This document shows, piece after piece, positions 37,809-48,386 of a DNA stretch of 63,952 nt. The stretch covers positions 1 through 63,952 of the forward strand of contig CAYWAV010000010.1 of the NCBI GenBank assembly GCA_964456225.1. The letters are read 5' to 3'. Below the pieces are notes generated by a model, which was not told the origin of the DNA, did not search any database, and saw only the letters and a list, made by a program, of their open reading frames with translations. The position numbers and the translations under genes were made by a program. Numbering within the stretch: position 1 is the first letter of the stretch; each line of letters begins with the position of its first letter. Source of the DNA: an uncultured Chitinophaga sp. Lineage in GTDB: Bacteria > Bacteroidota > Bacteroidia > 2-12-FULL-35-15.

Positions 37809-38954
37809 ATGAAAGACTCGCCCTTCACTTACGGAACCACAGTTAGTGTCAACTCCTTTACGAATCGCGAAAAGGAAGCAGAGAAACTGCGTAGCAATTT
37901 AATTTACGGAATCAATACCACCATTATTTCTCCTAGGCGTTGGGGGAAATCTTCGCTAGTGGAAAAAGTAATTTTCGATATTAAGAAGAAAGAAAAGAAC
38001 GTAAAAACAATCATCATCGATTTGTTTTCAGTAAGTACCGAAGAAGAATTTCTGGAATTATATGCCAGAGAAGTTATCAAAGCTTCTTCTACTAAATGGC
38101 AAGAATGGATGGGAACAGGAAAAGAGTTTTTTAAAAAACTCATCCCAAAGTTCAGCATGGGTTTCGATGAAGCAGACTTTAGTCTCAGTTTCGACATAAA
38201 AGAATTAAAAAAACACAGTCACGAAATTTTAGACCTTCCTGAGTTAATTGCAAAAAAGAAAAATATTAAATTCATTATTTGTCTGGATGAATTTCAAAAC
38301 CTGTCCAACTTTTCAGGTTACCTGGAATTGGAAAAGAAAATGCGCGCATCGTGGCAACGGCAAAGGAATGTCACCTATTGTTTGTATGGCAGCAAACGTC
38401 ACATGATGAGTCATATTTTTAATAGTCCGTCCAAACCATTTTATCGTTTTGGCGACATTATGCTACTACCAAAAATCGAAACAACAAAGTGGATAAAATT
38501 TATCTGCAAAAGTTTTGAAACTTCCGGCAAACAGATTCCGGAAAATATTGCGGCAAAAATTCCTGAATTAATGAAAAATCATTCTTGGTATGTTCAGCAA
38601 TTAGCACATTATGCATGGAATATGACTTCAAAAAAAGCAACAGATGTTGAGGTGAACGCTGCTTTAAAAGAATTAATTCAAGCAAACAGTCCGCTTTACC
38701 AAAAGGAAGTAGAAAGCATTAGCGCAACACAATTGAATCTTTTAAAAGCTGTTGCCAAAGAAGAAACAAAATTCACAAGCACAGCAGTAATGCTGAATTA
38801 TAATTTAGGGACACCACGTAATGTTAGTAAAAACAAAGACATTCTAATTAACAATGATTTGATTCACGAACAAAATGGTGTTTATGAATTTCTTGACCCA
38901 GCTTTTGAATTGTGGTTCAAAAAACAATTTTTTAACCAATCATACATCAAATAA
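37809..38954 (+). CDS. P-loop ATPase of the archaeal-type ATPase_2/AAA family with C-terminal winged helix
   Basis: FTNREKE, Walker A SPRRWGKSS, Walker B ICLDEFQ, YGSKRHMM, FLDPAFELW; ATG at 37809. Confidence 0.85.
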   Translation: MKDSPFTYGTTVSVNSFTNREKEAEKLRSNLIYGINTTIISPRRWGKSSLVEKVIFDIKKKEKNVKTIIIDLFSVSTEEEFLELYAREVIKASSTKWQEWMGTGKEFFKKLIPKFSMGFDEADFSLSFDIKELKKHSHEILDLPELIAKKKNIKFIICLDEFQNLSNFSGYLELEKKMRASWQRQRNVTYCLYGSKRHMMSHIFNSPSKPFYRFGDIMLLPKIETTKWIKFICKSFETSGKQIPENIAAKIPELMKNHSWYVQQLAHYAWNMTSKKATDVEVNAALKELIQANSPLYQKEVESISATQLNLLKAVAKEETKFTSTAVMLNYNLGTPRNVSKNKDILINNDLIHEQNGVYEFLDPAFELWFKKQFFNQSYIK

Positions 38955-38955
38955 A

Positions 38956-39711
38956 ATGACTAAATCGTACGGATTGATTGGTTATCCTCTGTCCCACTCT
39001 TTTTCTAAAAAATACTTCACGGAGAAATTTGAAAAAGAAAATATTTCCGATGCTGAATACCATGCATTTCCGATTGAAAAGATTGAATTGTTGCCACAAC
39101 TGATAAAGGACAATCCGTCTCTTCAAGGCTTAAGCGTTACAATACCATACAAAGAAAGTGTTATCCCATTTTTAGACGAATTGGATGCTACAGCAAAAAA
39201 AATCGGAGCAGTAAATTGCATTAAAATTTCAGAAGGAAAACTTATCGGTTACAATACCGATGCATTTGGTTTTAGACAATCCATCAAGCCTTTCTTAGAA
39301 TCACATCACGAAAGAGCTTTAATATTAGGAACAGGTGGTGCTTCAAAAGCAGTAGAATATGTTTTAAAAGAAATTGGAATCGACTGTTTTTTTGTGACCA
39401 GAAATAAAACTGCAGAAAATCAATTCACATACGATGAAGTAAACGAAAATATGCTCAAAGCTTTCAAACTCATTGTAAATGCAACACCATTGGGAATGTT
39501 TCCTAACGTTGATGCTTGTCCTCCTATTCCTTACCAATTTATTACTTCATCACATCTTTTGTATGATTTAGTCTATAATCCAGCAGAAACAGAATTTCTA
39601 AAAAGAGGAAAATCAAAAGGGTCTGCAATTGTAAATGGATTTTCGATGCTTCAACATCAGGCTGAGGAAGCTTGGAGAATTTGGAATAATATCTATATAA
39701 GCTCAAAATAG
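38956..39711 (+). CDS. aroE: Shikimate dehydrogenase
   Basis: GYPLSHSFS, VTIPYK, GAVN, NTD, GTGGAS, NATPLGM, DLVYNP; ATG at 38956. Confidence 0.95.
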   Translation: MTKSYGLIGYPLSHSFSKKYFTEKFEKENISDAEYHAFPIEKIELLPQLIKDNPSLQGLSVTIPYKESVIPFLDELDATAKKIGAVNCIKISEGKLIGYNTDAFGFRQSIKPFLESHHERALILGTGGASKAVEYVLKEIGIDCFFVTRNKTAENQFTYDEVNENMLKAFKLIVNATPLGMFPNVDACPPIPYQFITSSHLLYDLVYNPAETEFLKRGKSKGSAIVNGFSMLQHQAEEAWRIWNNIYISSK

Positions 39712-39753
39712 CAATTATAAACATTGCTTTTTATTCCGTAAATTTACATCCTT

Positions 39754-41778
39754 ATGGAATTCAAACTTACATCCGATTTTCAACCAACAGGCGACCAACC
39801 AACTGCAATCAAACAATTGGTTGATGGTGTAAATGAAAAACTACCTGCTCAAACTCTGTTGGGTGTTACAGGCTCCGGAAAAACATTCACCATTGCGAAC
39901 GTAATCCAACAAACAGGAAAACCTACTTTAATTTTAAGTCACAATAAAACATTAGCAGCACAATTGTATGGAGAATTCAAACAATTTTTTCCAAACAATG
40001 CAGTTGAATATTTTGTAAGCTATTACGATTACTATCAACCCGAAGCATTTCTTCCAAGCAGCAATACTTACATAGAAAAAGATTTAGCAATCAATGATGA
40101 GATTGAGAAATTACGTTTGAGTACCACTTCTGCTCTACTTTCAGGCAGACGCGATGTGATTGTTGTTTCTTCCGTTTCTTGTATTTATGGTATTGGTAAT
40201 CCAATTGAATTCAGAAGCAACGTTATCAATATAAAAAAAGGCGAAATCATTTCCCGTAATAAATTTCTTCATCGTTTGGTTGAAAGTTTATACTCCCGAA
40301 CAACGGAAGATTTTCTGCGTGGAAACTTCAGAGTAAAAGGTGATACAGTGGATATCAATTTAGCGTATGCTGATTTTTCTCTTCGTGTTTCTTTTTGGGA
40401 TGATGAAATTGAAGAAATAGAATACTTTGAAACTAGCACAGGGAAAAGCATAGAAAAGTTGGAAGCAGTTACTGTGTATCCTGCAAATATTTTTGTCACA
40501 AGTCCGGAAACCATGAAAAGCGCCATTCATCAAATACAAGATGACATGGTAAAACAAGTGGATTATTTTAAAGAAACAGGAAAACATTTAGAAGCAAAAC
40601 GTTTGGAAGACCGTGTAACATACGACCTGGAGATGATGCGTGAATTAGGTTATTGTTCAGGGATAGAGAATTACTCCCGCTATTTTGATAACCGCTCTCC
40701 CGGTTCTCGACCTTTTTGTTTACTGGATTATTTTCCAGATGATTTTTTAATGGTGATTGATGAAAGTCACGTTACCCTTCCACAAATAAGAGCAATGTAT
40801 GGTGGCGATCGTTCACGAAAAGTAAACTTAGTTGATTATGGATTTCGTTTGCCTGCAGCAATGGATAATCGCCCCTTAAAATTTGATGAGTTTGAATCCA
40901 TTATTAATCAACTCATATACGTAAGTGCAACTCCAGCAGAATACGAATTAACTAAATCAGAAGGAATTGTTGCAGAGCAAGTCATTCGCCCGACCGGCTT
41001 ACTTGATCCAATTATAGAAGTACGTCCAAGCATCAATCAAATTGATGATTTATTAGAAGAGATTGATAAAGTTGCAAAACGTGATGAGCGAATTTTGGTT
41101 ACAACGCTGACAAAAAGAATGGCGGAAGAACTTCAGAAATACATGTTAAACATTGGAATCCGATGCAGATACATCCATTCAGAAGTAGATACTTTGGAGC
41201 GTGTTGAAATTTTGCGTGATTTGCGATTAGGAAAATTTGATGTATTAATTGGAATCAATCTGCTAAGAGAAGGATTGGATCTACCGGAAGTTTCATTGGT
41301 CGCCATTTTAGATGCTGATAAAGAAGGTTTCTTGCGTTCGGATAGAGCATTGACACAAACTGCCGGTCGTGCTGCCCGTAACATCAACGGAAGAGTAATT
41401 ATGTATGCAGATAAAATGACTGATTCGATGAAACGTACGATTGATGAAACAGAAAGAAGAAGACAAAAACAAATTGCTTACAACTTAGAAAACAACTTAG
41501 TTCCTACCGCATTAAATAAATCGAAGGCATCCATCATGGGACAAACTGCTGTAATTGTGGATTCAAAAGGAAATTTAGCAAGACCTTATATCGAAACAGA
41601 AGCAATCAATTATGCTGCTGACCCTGTTGTTCAATATATGACCAAAGCAGAATTACAAAAGGCCATTAACCGTACCAGAAAAGCAATGGATGCAGCTGCT
41701 AAGGAGTTTGATTTTGCTGAAGCGGCCCGATTAAGAGATGAAATGTTTGCCCTTGAAAAACTATTTTCCAACAAATAA
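39754..41778 (+). CDS. uvrB: Excinuclease ABC subunit B
   Basis: GVTGSGKT, YYDYYQPEA, DESH, NLLREGLD, QTAGRAAR, C-terminal UVR coiled coil. Confidence 0.98.
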   Translation: MEFKLTSDFQPTGDQPTAIKQLVDGVNEKLPAQTLLGVTGSGKTFTIANVIQQTGKPTLILSHNKTLAAQLYGEFKQFFPNNAVEYFVSYYDYYQPEAFLPSSNTYIEKDLAINDEIEKLRLSTTSALLSGRRDVIVVSSVSCIYGIGNPIEFRSNVINIKKGEIISRNKFLHRLVESLYSRTTEDFLRGNFRVKGDTVDINLAYADFSLRVSFWDDEIEEIEYFETSTGKSIEKLEAVTVYPANIFVTSPETMKSAIHQIQDDMVKQVDYFKETGKHLEAKRLEDRVTYDLEMMRELGYCSGIENYSRYFDNRSPGSRPFCLLDYFPDDFLMVIDESHVTLPQIRAMYGGDRSRKVNLVDYGFRLPAAMDNRPLKFDEFESIINQLIYVSATPAEYELTKSEGIVAEQVIRPTGLLDPIIEVRPSINQIDDLLEEIDKVAKRDERILVTTLTKRMAEELQKYMLNIGIRCRYIHSEVDTLERVEILRDLRLGKFDVLIGINLLREGLDLPEVSLVAILDADKEGFLRSDRALTQTAGRAARNINGRVIMYADKMTDSMKRTIDETERRRQKQIAYNLENNLVPTALNKSKASIMGQTAVIVDSKGNLARPYIETEAINYAADPVVQYMTKAELQKAINRTRKAMDAAAKEFDFAEAARLRDEMFALEKLFSNK

Positions 41779-41871
41779 TTGTGATTAAGTTTTCATTTTT
41801 TGCTTGATAACTTCTAAAATTACTCTTAAGTTCGTCCTGGATAAAATAAAGCATAAAGCATACTCTCTAGA

Positions 41872-42330
41872 ATGGCGTTACAGAATGACGATATTGTGCA
41901 AACAATATCACTATCAAGCATGGTATTAAACCTCGATAAGCAAGGAATTATCCATATCCGCTATCTTGAGGGTCAGACGATTGACGTAAAAGAAAAAATC
42001 GAGGAAAAACGTGCGCTGCTTGAACTTACAAAAGGTAAAAAACACCTAATCATTATCTCCTTCGAACATTTCGTAACCATAACCAAAGAAGCGAAAGAAT
42101 ACAGCATCTTAATAGAACCGGAGCAACCCTACTTAGCAGTTGCCATAATCGTTGATAATTTGGCTTATCAATTAATGGCGGATTTTTATTTCAAATTCTA
42201 CAAACCAAAAATTGCTTACAAAGTCTTTAAATCAGATTCGAAAGCAATTGAATGGTTGATTGAAATCCGCAACAACCCTCCTCCGCCTAAACCTAAATAC
42301 AAAGGGAAAATTACCTTGTGGAATTTTTAA
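41872..42330 (+). CDS. Hypothetical protein, STAS/SpoIIAA-like small alpha-beta fold
   Basis: 152 aa; AVAIIVDN...FYFKFYKP...KVF...AIEWL pattern seen in small STAS-like Bacteroidota proteins. Confidence 0.6.
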   Translation: MALQNDDIVQTISLSSMVLNLDKQGIIHIRYLEGQTIDVKEKIEEKRALLELTKGKKHLIIISFEHFVTITKEAKEYSILIEPEQPYLAVAIIVDNLAYQLMADFYFKFYKPKIAYKVFKSDSKAIEWLIEIRNNPPPPKPKYKGKITLWNF

Positions 42331-42351
42331 TTAAATTTCTCCGATTAGTTT

Positions 42352-42543
42352 ACACTTCGACTTAGTTTATGGTGAGCGTAGTCGAATCCACTCAGTGTGA
42401 CGTCCTAACAAACTGTCGATTTGTCGTCAGGCTGAGCGGAGTCGAAGCCTACATTAATCAAGGCTCAAAAGCGTTTTTGTACCACTACCCAGCCTTGCAT
42501 TTGCTCCGTAATTGTGAGATCCCGTGTCGAGGCACGGGATGAC
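42352..42543. repeat. Composite REP-like cluster with a REP nested inside a REP
   Basis: cttcgact[28-bp insert containing ggtgagcgtagtcgaa]ctcagtgtgac (42355-42401); cgtcaggctgagcggagtcgaagcct (42425-42450); agatcccgtgtcgaggcacgggatgac (42517-42543, 26/27 identical to 1747-1773). Confidence 0.85.
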
Positions 42544-42614
42544 GATGTCGATGGGCAGGCATGGGTTCCATAATGTCGGATAGTGAACACATTATTTTGT
42601 AAATTCGTGAGCAA

Positions 42615-44525
42615 ATGCAAAGCATTCACGAAATATTAGAAAAGTATTGGGGCTTCCGCTCTTTTCGTCCTTCACAGGAAGAAATTATCAATTCCGTTTT
42701 AGCTGGAAATGATACATTGGCTTTGCTTCCAACAGGTGGTGGAAAATCCATTTGCTTTCAAGTTCCCGCATTGGCTCAAGAGGGTATTTGCATCGTTGTT
42801 TCTCCTCTTATTGCTTTAATGAAAGATCAGGTGGAAAATCTCGTTAAAAAAGGAATAAAAGCAATTGCTATAACTTCTTCCATGCACAAACGTGAAATTG
42901 ATATTGCACTTGATAATTGTGTTCATGGAAATATCAAATTCTTGTATTTGTCTCCCGAACGATTAGAAACAGAAATCGTAAAAGTGCGTTTGCAAAAAAT
43001 GAACGTAAATTTAATTGCCGTTGATGAATCGCATTGTATTTCTCAATGGGGTTACGATTTTCGTCCCAGCTATTTAAAAATAGAATTGCTTCGAGAAATT
43101 TTGCCTAAAGTACCTGTTCTCGCTTTAACCGCAACTGCAACCAAAGAAGTGGTAAAAGACATACAAGAGAAATTACACTTCAAAAAAAATAATGTCATTC
43201 AAAAAAGTTTCGAGCGAAAAAATGTTGCTTACATTTTATTGAATGAAGAAGATAAATTAGCGCGATTAGTAAAAATTGCCAACAACGTAAAAGGAACAGG
43301 CATTGTTTATGTTCGCAATCGAAAAAAAACACAAGAGATCGCAAGCTTTCTAAGAAGTCATAAGATAGACGCGGACTTTTATCATGCCGGCTTGGATGCC
43401 AAAACCCGAGACATCAAACAAAGCAAATGGATTAACAATGAAACAAGAATTATTGTCTGCACAAATGCCTTTGGAATGGGAATCGACAAACCAGATGTTC
43501 GTTTTGTTGTACACATTGATCTTCCTGATTCATTGGAAGCCTATTTTCAGGAAGCCGGTCGTGCTGGAAGAGATGAACGAAAAGCATTTGCTATTTTACT
43601 TTACAACAATGGTGATAAAATAGAATTGCAACGCAATGTGGAGATTAGCTTTCCGGAAATGGAAGATATTCGCCAAACGTATCAAGCGTTGGCCAATTAT
43701 TATCAAATGCCTACAGGCTCAGGCTTAGGAAGCACTTTTAATTTCGACATTTCTGCTTTTTGCGATAATTATAAATTACATGCAATTACTGTTTACAATT
43801 GTTTAAAGTTTATTGAACGAGAAGGATACATTATGCTTTCTGATGCCTTTTTTCAACCAGCCAGAATGAAGCTAGAAATAAACCGTGACGATTTATATAA
43901 ATTTCAAATCTCAAATCCTGCATATGATGTTTTTATAAAGACGCTGTTACGCAGTTATGCCGGCTTATTTGACAATTTTGAAAAAATCAATGAATTTGAT
44001 TTGGCAAAAAAATTAAAAACGAAACAAGAAGAAGTACTAAAAAAGTTAAAACATCTTCAGCAAAATAAAATTATTACGTATGCACCTCAAACGGAATTGC
44101 CACAACTAACTTTCACTATGCCACGTGTGGATACAAAAGACTTATCGCTCGCCAAAGAAAATTTTTCATCACTAAAAAAACGTGCAAAAGAAAGAATGGA
44201 ATCCGTTTTGAATTATGCAGAAAGCACACACAAATGCAGAAACCAACTCCTACTCGCCTATTTCGGGGAACTTGAAAGTACAGCTTGCGGTCAATGTGAT
44301 GTATGTTTAGAGGAAAAAAGAAAAGTATTGCATACCGATGAATACGAAAATATAAGTACTCAGATAAAACAGTTATTAGCAGTGCATCCGATGGAATTAA
44401 AAATGCTTATTAATTCTATTACAGATGTTCATGAAGACAAGATCATTCATACCATTCAATTGATGGTAGATAATGAACAATTGAAATATAATGAACAAAA
44501 TTTACTTTACTTAACTCACGAATAA
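42615..44525 (+). CDS. recQ: ATP-dependent DNA helicase RecQ family
   Basis: PTGGGKS, VDESHCISQWGYDFRP, ALTATA, YHAG, AFGMGIDK, QEAGRAGRD, Zn-binding CR...CGQCDVC. Confidence 0.96.
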   Translation: MQSIHEILEKYWGFRSFRPSQEEIINSVLAGNDTLALLPTGGGKSICFQVPALAQEGICIVVSPLIALMKDQVENLVKKGIKAIAITSSMHKREIDIALDNCVHGNIKFLYLSPERLETEIVKVRLQKMNVNLIAVDESHCISQWGYDFRPSYLKIELLREILPKVPVLALTATATKEVVKDIQEKLHFKKNNVIQKSFERKNVAYILLNEEDKLARLVKIANNVKGTGIVYVRNRKKTQEIASFLRSHKIDADFYHAGLDAKTRDIKQSKWINNETRIIVCTNAFGMGIDKPDVRFVVHIDLPDSLEAYFQEAGRAGRDERKAFAILLYNNGDKIELQRNVEISFPEMEDIRQTYQALANYYQMPTGSGLGSTFNFDISAFCDNYKLHAITVYNCLKFIEREGYIMLSDAFFQPARMKLEINRDDLYKFQISNPAYDVFIKTLLRSYAGLFDNFEKINEFDLAKKLKTKQEEVLKKLKHLQQNKIITYAPQTELPQLTFTMPRVDTKDLSLAKENFSSLKKRAKERMESVLNYAESTHKCRNQLLLAYFGELESTACGQCDVCLEEKRKVLHTDEYENISTQIKQLLAVHPMELKMLINSITDVHEDKIIHTIQLMVDNEQLKYNEQNLLYLTHE

Positions 44526-44536
44526 ACTGAGAATCG

Positions 44537-44647
44537 TTCTCGACTCCGCTCGAACCGACATCCTGCATTGTCGCAACGAGATATAACATCGAAATTTTCA
44601 CTTCGAGAAATAACATCGGAATTGTCACTTCGAGCGGAGTCGAGAAG
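44537..44647. repeat. Inverted REP doublet with an internal 27-bp-period duplication
   Basis: ttctcgactccgctcgaaccgaca ... tgtcacttcgagcggagtcgagaag; ataacatcgaaattttcacttcgag (44583) repeated at 44610 with 2 mismatches. Confidence 0.8.
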
Positions 44648-44694
44648 TCGCTGTTACGGAGGAATTGCGTAAATTCGCAACTTATTCAATCATT

Positions 44695-45903
44695 ATGGAA
44701 TTCATTAAAGTAATATTAGCAAACGGGAAAGATCACAGCGTCAAACGCTTTCATCCATGGGTGTTTTCAGGTGCCATCAAAAAAATCAGTCTACCACCCG
44801 ATTATGAAGGCGATGACGTGAAAGAAGGAGATATAGTTGAAGTTTATTCTGTTCAAGAAGAATTCCTGGGGATGGGTCATTATCAAATTGGTTCCATTGC
44901 TGTCCGCATGTTTTCTTTTACTCAAGTAAACCCCAACTACGATTTTTGGAAAAGTAAAATTCAAAAAGCATATGATTTCAGAACTCAATTAAACCTTACT
45001 AAAAACCCTTCCACAAATTGTTATAGATTGTGCTTTGGCGAAGGAGATGGACTACCCGGATTCATTATTGATTATTACAATGGAACAGCTGTATTGCAAT
45101 CACACTCTATTGGTTTGCATTTAATTAAACATGAGTTTGTAAAAGCTTTACAAGAAATTTACGGAGATGAGCTAAATGCTGTTTATGATAAGAGTGAAGA
45201 AACAATGCCGAAGAATGCTCCGATAAAAGCACCCAATGGTTATTTGTGGAAACGCGATGATACTGCAATAGAAACTGTTGCTTTGGAAAACAATCACAAA
45301 TTTTCGGTTGATTGGGAAGGCGGACAAAAAACAGGATTCTTTATAGATCAAAGAGAAAACAGAGAATTGTTGGGGCATTATTCAAAAAACAAAGTTGTTT
45401 TAAATACGTTTTGTTATACTGGTGGTTTCTCTGTTTATGCAGCAGCAGCTGGAGCTAAAGAAGTTCACTCAACTGACATTTCAAAAAAAGCAATTGACTT
45501 GACGGATAAAAATATTGAGTTGAACAATATCAAAAATCATACATCCTTTGTAGCAGACACATTTGATTTTCTAAAAAACAGAGAAAACACTTACGATATT
45601 ATTGTCTTAGATCCACCGGCATTTGCAAAACATCAAAATGTAAAGCACAATGCGATTATGGGTTACAAGCGATTGAACTACGAAGCCATCAAGCAAATTA
45701 AACCAGGCGGATTGTTATTTACATTCTCTTGTTCTCAAGTGGTAGATAAAAACACATTCAACAGCACAGTTATGGCTGCAGCAATTGAAGCTGGAAGGAA
45801 CGTAAGAGTGTTGCATCACCTTTCACAGCCTCCCGACCATTGCGTAAATATCTTTCATCCAGAAGGAGAATATCTCAAAGGATTGGTAGTACATATCGAA
45901 TAA
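44695..45903 (+). CDS. rlmI: RlmI-family class I SAM-dependent 23S rRNA methyltransferase
   Basis: HPWVFSGAI PUA domain, EGDGLPG, GQKTGFFIDQRENR, LDPPAFAK, YLKG; ATG at 44695. Confidence 0.88.
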   Translation: MEFIKVILANGKDHSVKRFHPWVFSGAIKKISLPPDYEGDDVKEGDIVEVYSVQEEFLGMGHYQIGSIAVRMFSFTQVNPNYDFWKSKIQKAYDFRTQLNLTKNPSTNCYRLCFGEGDGLPGFIIDYYNGTAVLQSHSIGLHLIKHEFVKALQEIYGDELNAVYDKSEETMPKNAPIKAPNGYLWKRDDTAIETVALENNHKFSVDWEGGQKTGFFIDQRENRELLGHYSKNKVVLNTFCYTGGFSVYAAAAGAKEVHSTDISKKAIDLTDKNIELNNIKNHTSFVADTFDFLKNRENTYDIIVLDPPAFAKHQNVKHNAIMGYKRLNYEAIKQIKPGGLLFTFSCSQVVDKNTFNSTVMAAAIEAGRNVRVLHHLSQPPDHCVNIFHPEGEYLKGLVVHIE

Positions 45904-45904
45904 C

Positions 45905-45933
45905 AAAAAAGCCACAGAAACTGTGGCTTTTTT
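45905..45933. terminator. Bidirectional intrinsic terminator
   Basis: aaaaaagccacag-aaa-ctgtggctttttt between convergent genes. Confidence 0.85.
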
Positions 45934-45936
45934 GTT

Positions 45937-48321
45937 TTAGAATTCGATAATAATTCCCAAAGTAGACAAAGATGTACCGGAAGAATTATCAATCAACTTT
46001 GTTTTGTAAGATGCTGGATTCGAAGGATCTGTTTGTGCAGTCCCATCAGCAGCTCTATCCAAAACTAAGATTGCAGGTTGATCGGACTTAGCTCTGTATA
46101 CATTTTGTAAATCATAATAAATATCCAACGACCATTTTTTAAAGAAGAATTTTTTATCTATCCGCATATCTAATTGATGAAAAGCATTCAATCTGTTCTC
46201 GTTTAATTTATTATAATCGACTAACCCTCTTCCATTAATATCCCAAACCGATTTCAATGAAGATGTCTGAGCATCAATGGGTGTATAAGGCGTTCCACCT
46301 TGATATCTCCACTTTAATCCCACTTCCCAGTTCCGCTTAAATTTTTTTCCAAACGTTGCCGATACAATATTTCCATTATCCCAAGCAGATGGTTTATAAT
46401 CTCCATTTTTATCTTGAAACTGGCTTTTCACCCATGTATATGCAAGAATACCATAAAAACCTTTAAATAATTTTTGTTGAATTAAAAACTCTAAACCGTA
46501 TGCTTTCCCGTCAGATATAGAAACTACAGGTTCATTTCCAATCACACCAAAATCGCCACCAAGATTAGCTAAACTCAATGAATCTCTAAGCGCAAAAGGA
46601 TAATTTGAATAGATTTTATAAAACCCCTCCACTGAAATTTTTGTATTAATTTTTGTATTGTATTCAAATCCTGCAACTATATGATCGTTTGTTATATATG
46701 TAACGTTGTTTTGTTTGTTCGATAAAACAGATGCTGAATCACGATATCCCAATACGGTATAGGCTGGCAATTGATAGTATCTTCCAGTATTAAAATTAAA
46801 ACTTAATGCATCTGTAATATTTAAAGCCAATGATACTCTTGGAGAAAGTTGATTTAAGGGGTTTCCCATCGTACTAGAATAATCAGAGAAATCGGTTCGC
46901 AAACCCGCAGAAATCAATAATCGCTGGTCAAATAAGACTTTGCTAATCTGTCCGAATGCCGAATATTTATTAAAATTCAATTTTGAATCAAAATCAATTA
47001 GGACAGTTCCTCCAGTAGTTGTAATTTTATTAAATGTAGAGTTGGTGTAAGTCACATTTTCAAAACCAGCACCCACATTTATTTTAAATCCGTTGTTACG
47101 ATAAGTGTTTTCTATTCTAACTTTATTTTCAATTTCTTGAGAAACATAATCAAGCACTTTATTTGTATCAATACTCTCATCGTTGTTTAAGTATTTATAA
47201 GAGCGATTATTTAAATGATTACGACTAACGACAAAAGTCAAATAGCTTTTTTGGAAATAATGTTTATAATTTGTTCCCAGAGCATAATTCCATTGCTTAT
47301 TTACAGGCAAATAGCCTAAAATATATTTCTGTTGTTCCGTTTGATTAGCATCTAAATTCAATTTAAAATCATCATACGCACCTAATCCGATAAATGAAAT
47401 TTCATTTTTTTCGTTTAGTCGAATTTTTGCCTTGAATTGAGCATCATTATAAATCGGTAAAAATGGCAATTCCAACAATTTAAAAAGCCATCCCAAATAA
47501 GATCTTCGAGCGGAAACAATAAAAGTTGTTTTTTTGCCCAAAGGACCATCAAGTGTCAAACCAATATCCGATGAACCCAAGGTTGCTGTGGTAACTAGCT
47601 TTTCTGAATTACCATCTTTCATTTTGAAATCAAAAACTGAACTTAAAGCATTTCCTCTATTTACTGGAAATGCTCCTGAATAAAAATCCACTTCTCTAAT
47701 AAAATTCACATTAATCATACCCACTGGTCCACCAGAACCACCTTGAGTAGCAAAGTGATTAATATTTGGCACTTCTATTCCATCCAAATAAAAACGATTC
47801 TCATTGGGCGCTCCTCCACGTATAATGATGTCATTTCGAAAAGAGACAGTAGATGCTACACCGGGCAAGGACTGAATTACTTTAGAAATATCCCTATTTC
47901 CCCCTGGATTTCTATCTATTTCAGAAGAACCAATGGTGCGCAGGGAAACTGGACTCTCTTCTGTTTTGTTAAAAGGAGATGCAGTCACTTCCACAACACT
48001 TAAGCTATCCGTTTTCTCATCCAACCCAATATTCAATACTGTTGGTGTGAAATTATTTACTTGAATTTCAAAAATTGTTTTTTTGCTAAAGCCAACAAAA
48101 GATGCCGTAATGTTATACAAGCCGGGAATTAAGTTTTTTAATTCGTAATTCCCATCTATGTCAGTTGTTGTCGCAATTGACAACGATGTTATTCCTACAG
48201 AAGCAAACGGAATGGCTTCGTTGTTAATGGTATTAAATACTTTTCCTTTAATAACCCCATTCTGTGCAACGACAGAAAATGAAAGACATAAAAACAGAAA
48301 AGAAATCAGTTTGTTTTGCAT
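45937..48321 (-). CDS. TonB-dependent receptor
   Basis: CarboxypepD_reg-like N domain, LPGVA...RGG...N.FYLDGIE.P plug, C-terminal IIIEF; ATG at 48321. Confidence 0.92.
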   Translation of the reverse strand: MQNKLISFLFLCLSFSVVAQNGVIKGKVFNTINNEAIPFASVGITSLSIATTTDIDGNYELKNLIPGLYNITASFVGFSKKTIFEIQVNNFTPTVLNIGLDEKTDSLSVVEVTASPFNKTEESPVSLRTIGSSEIDRNPGGNRDISKVIQSLPGVASTVSFRNDIIIRGGAPNENRFYLDGIEVPNINHFATQGGSGGPVGMINVNFIREVDFYSGAFPVNRGNALSSVFDFKMKDGNSEKLVTTATLGSSDIGLTLDGPLGKKTTFIVSARRSYLGWLFKLLELPFLPIYNDAQFKAKIRLNEKNEISFIGLGAYDDFKLNLDANQTEQQKYILGYLPVNKQWNYALGTNYKHYFQKSYLTFVVSRNHLNNRSYKYLNNDESIDTNKVLDYVSQEIENKVRIENTYRNNGFKINVGAGFENVTYTNSTFNKITTTGGTVLIDFDSKLNFNKYSAFGQISKVLFDQRLLISAGLRTDFSDYSSTMGNPLNQLSPRVSLALNITDALSFNFNTGRYYQLPAYTVLGYRDSASVLSNKQNNVTYITNDHIVAGFEYNTKINTKISVEGFYKIYSNYPFALRDSLSLANLGGDFGVIGNEPVVSISDGKAYGLEFLIQQKLFKGFYGILAYTWVKSQFQDKNGDYKPSAWDNGNIVSATFGKKFKRNWEVGLKWRYQGGTPYTPIDAQTSSLKSVWDINGRGLVDYNKLNENRLNAFHQLDMRIDKKFFFKKWSLDIYYDLQNVYRAKSDQPAILVLDRAADGTAQTDPSNPASYKTKLIDNSSGTSLSTLGIIIEF

Positions 48322-48386
48322 AAAAGAATAATGTTTAGGAGGAAAACAAAAAAGGCACACTTTTGTTCGAGTTGCTATTAAAATCT

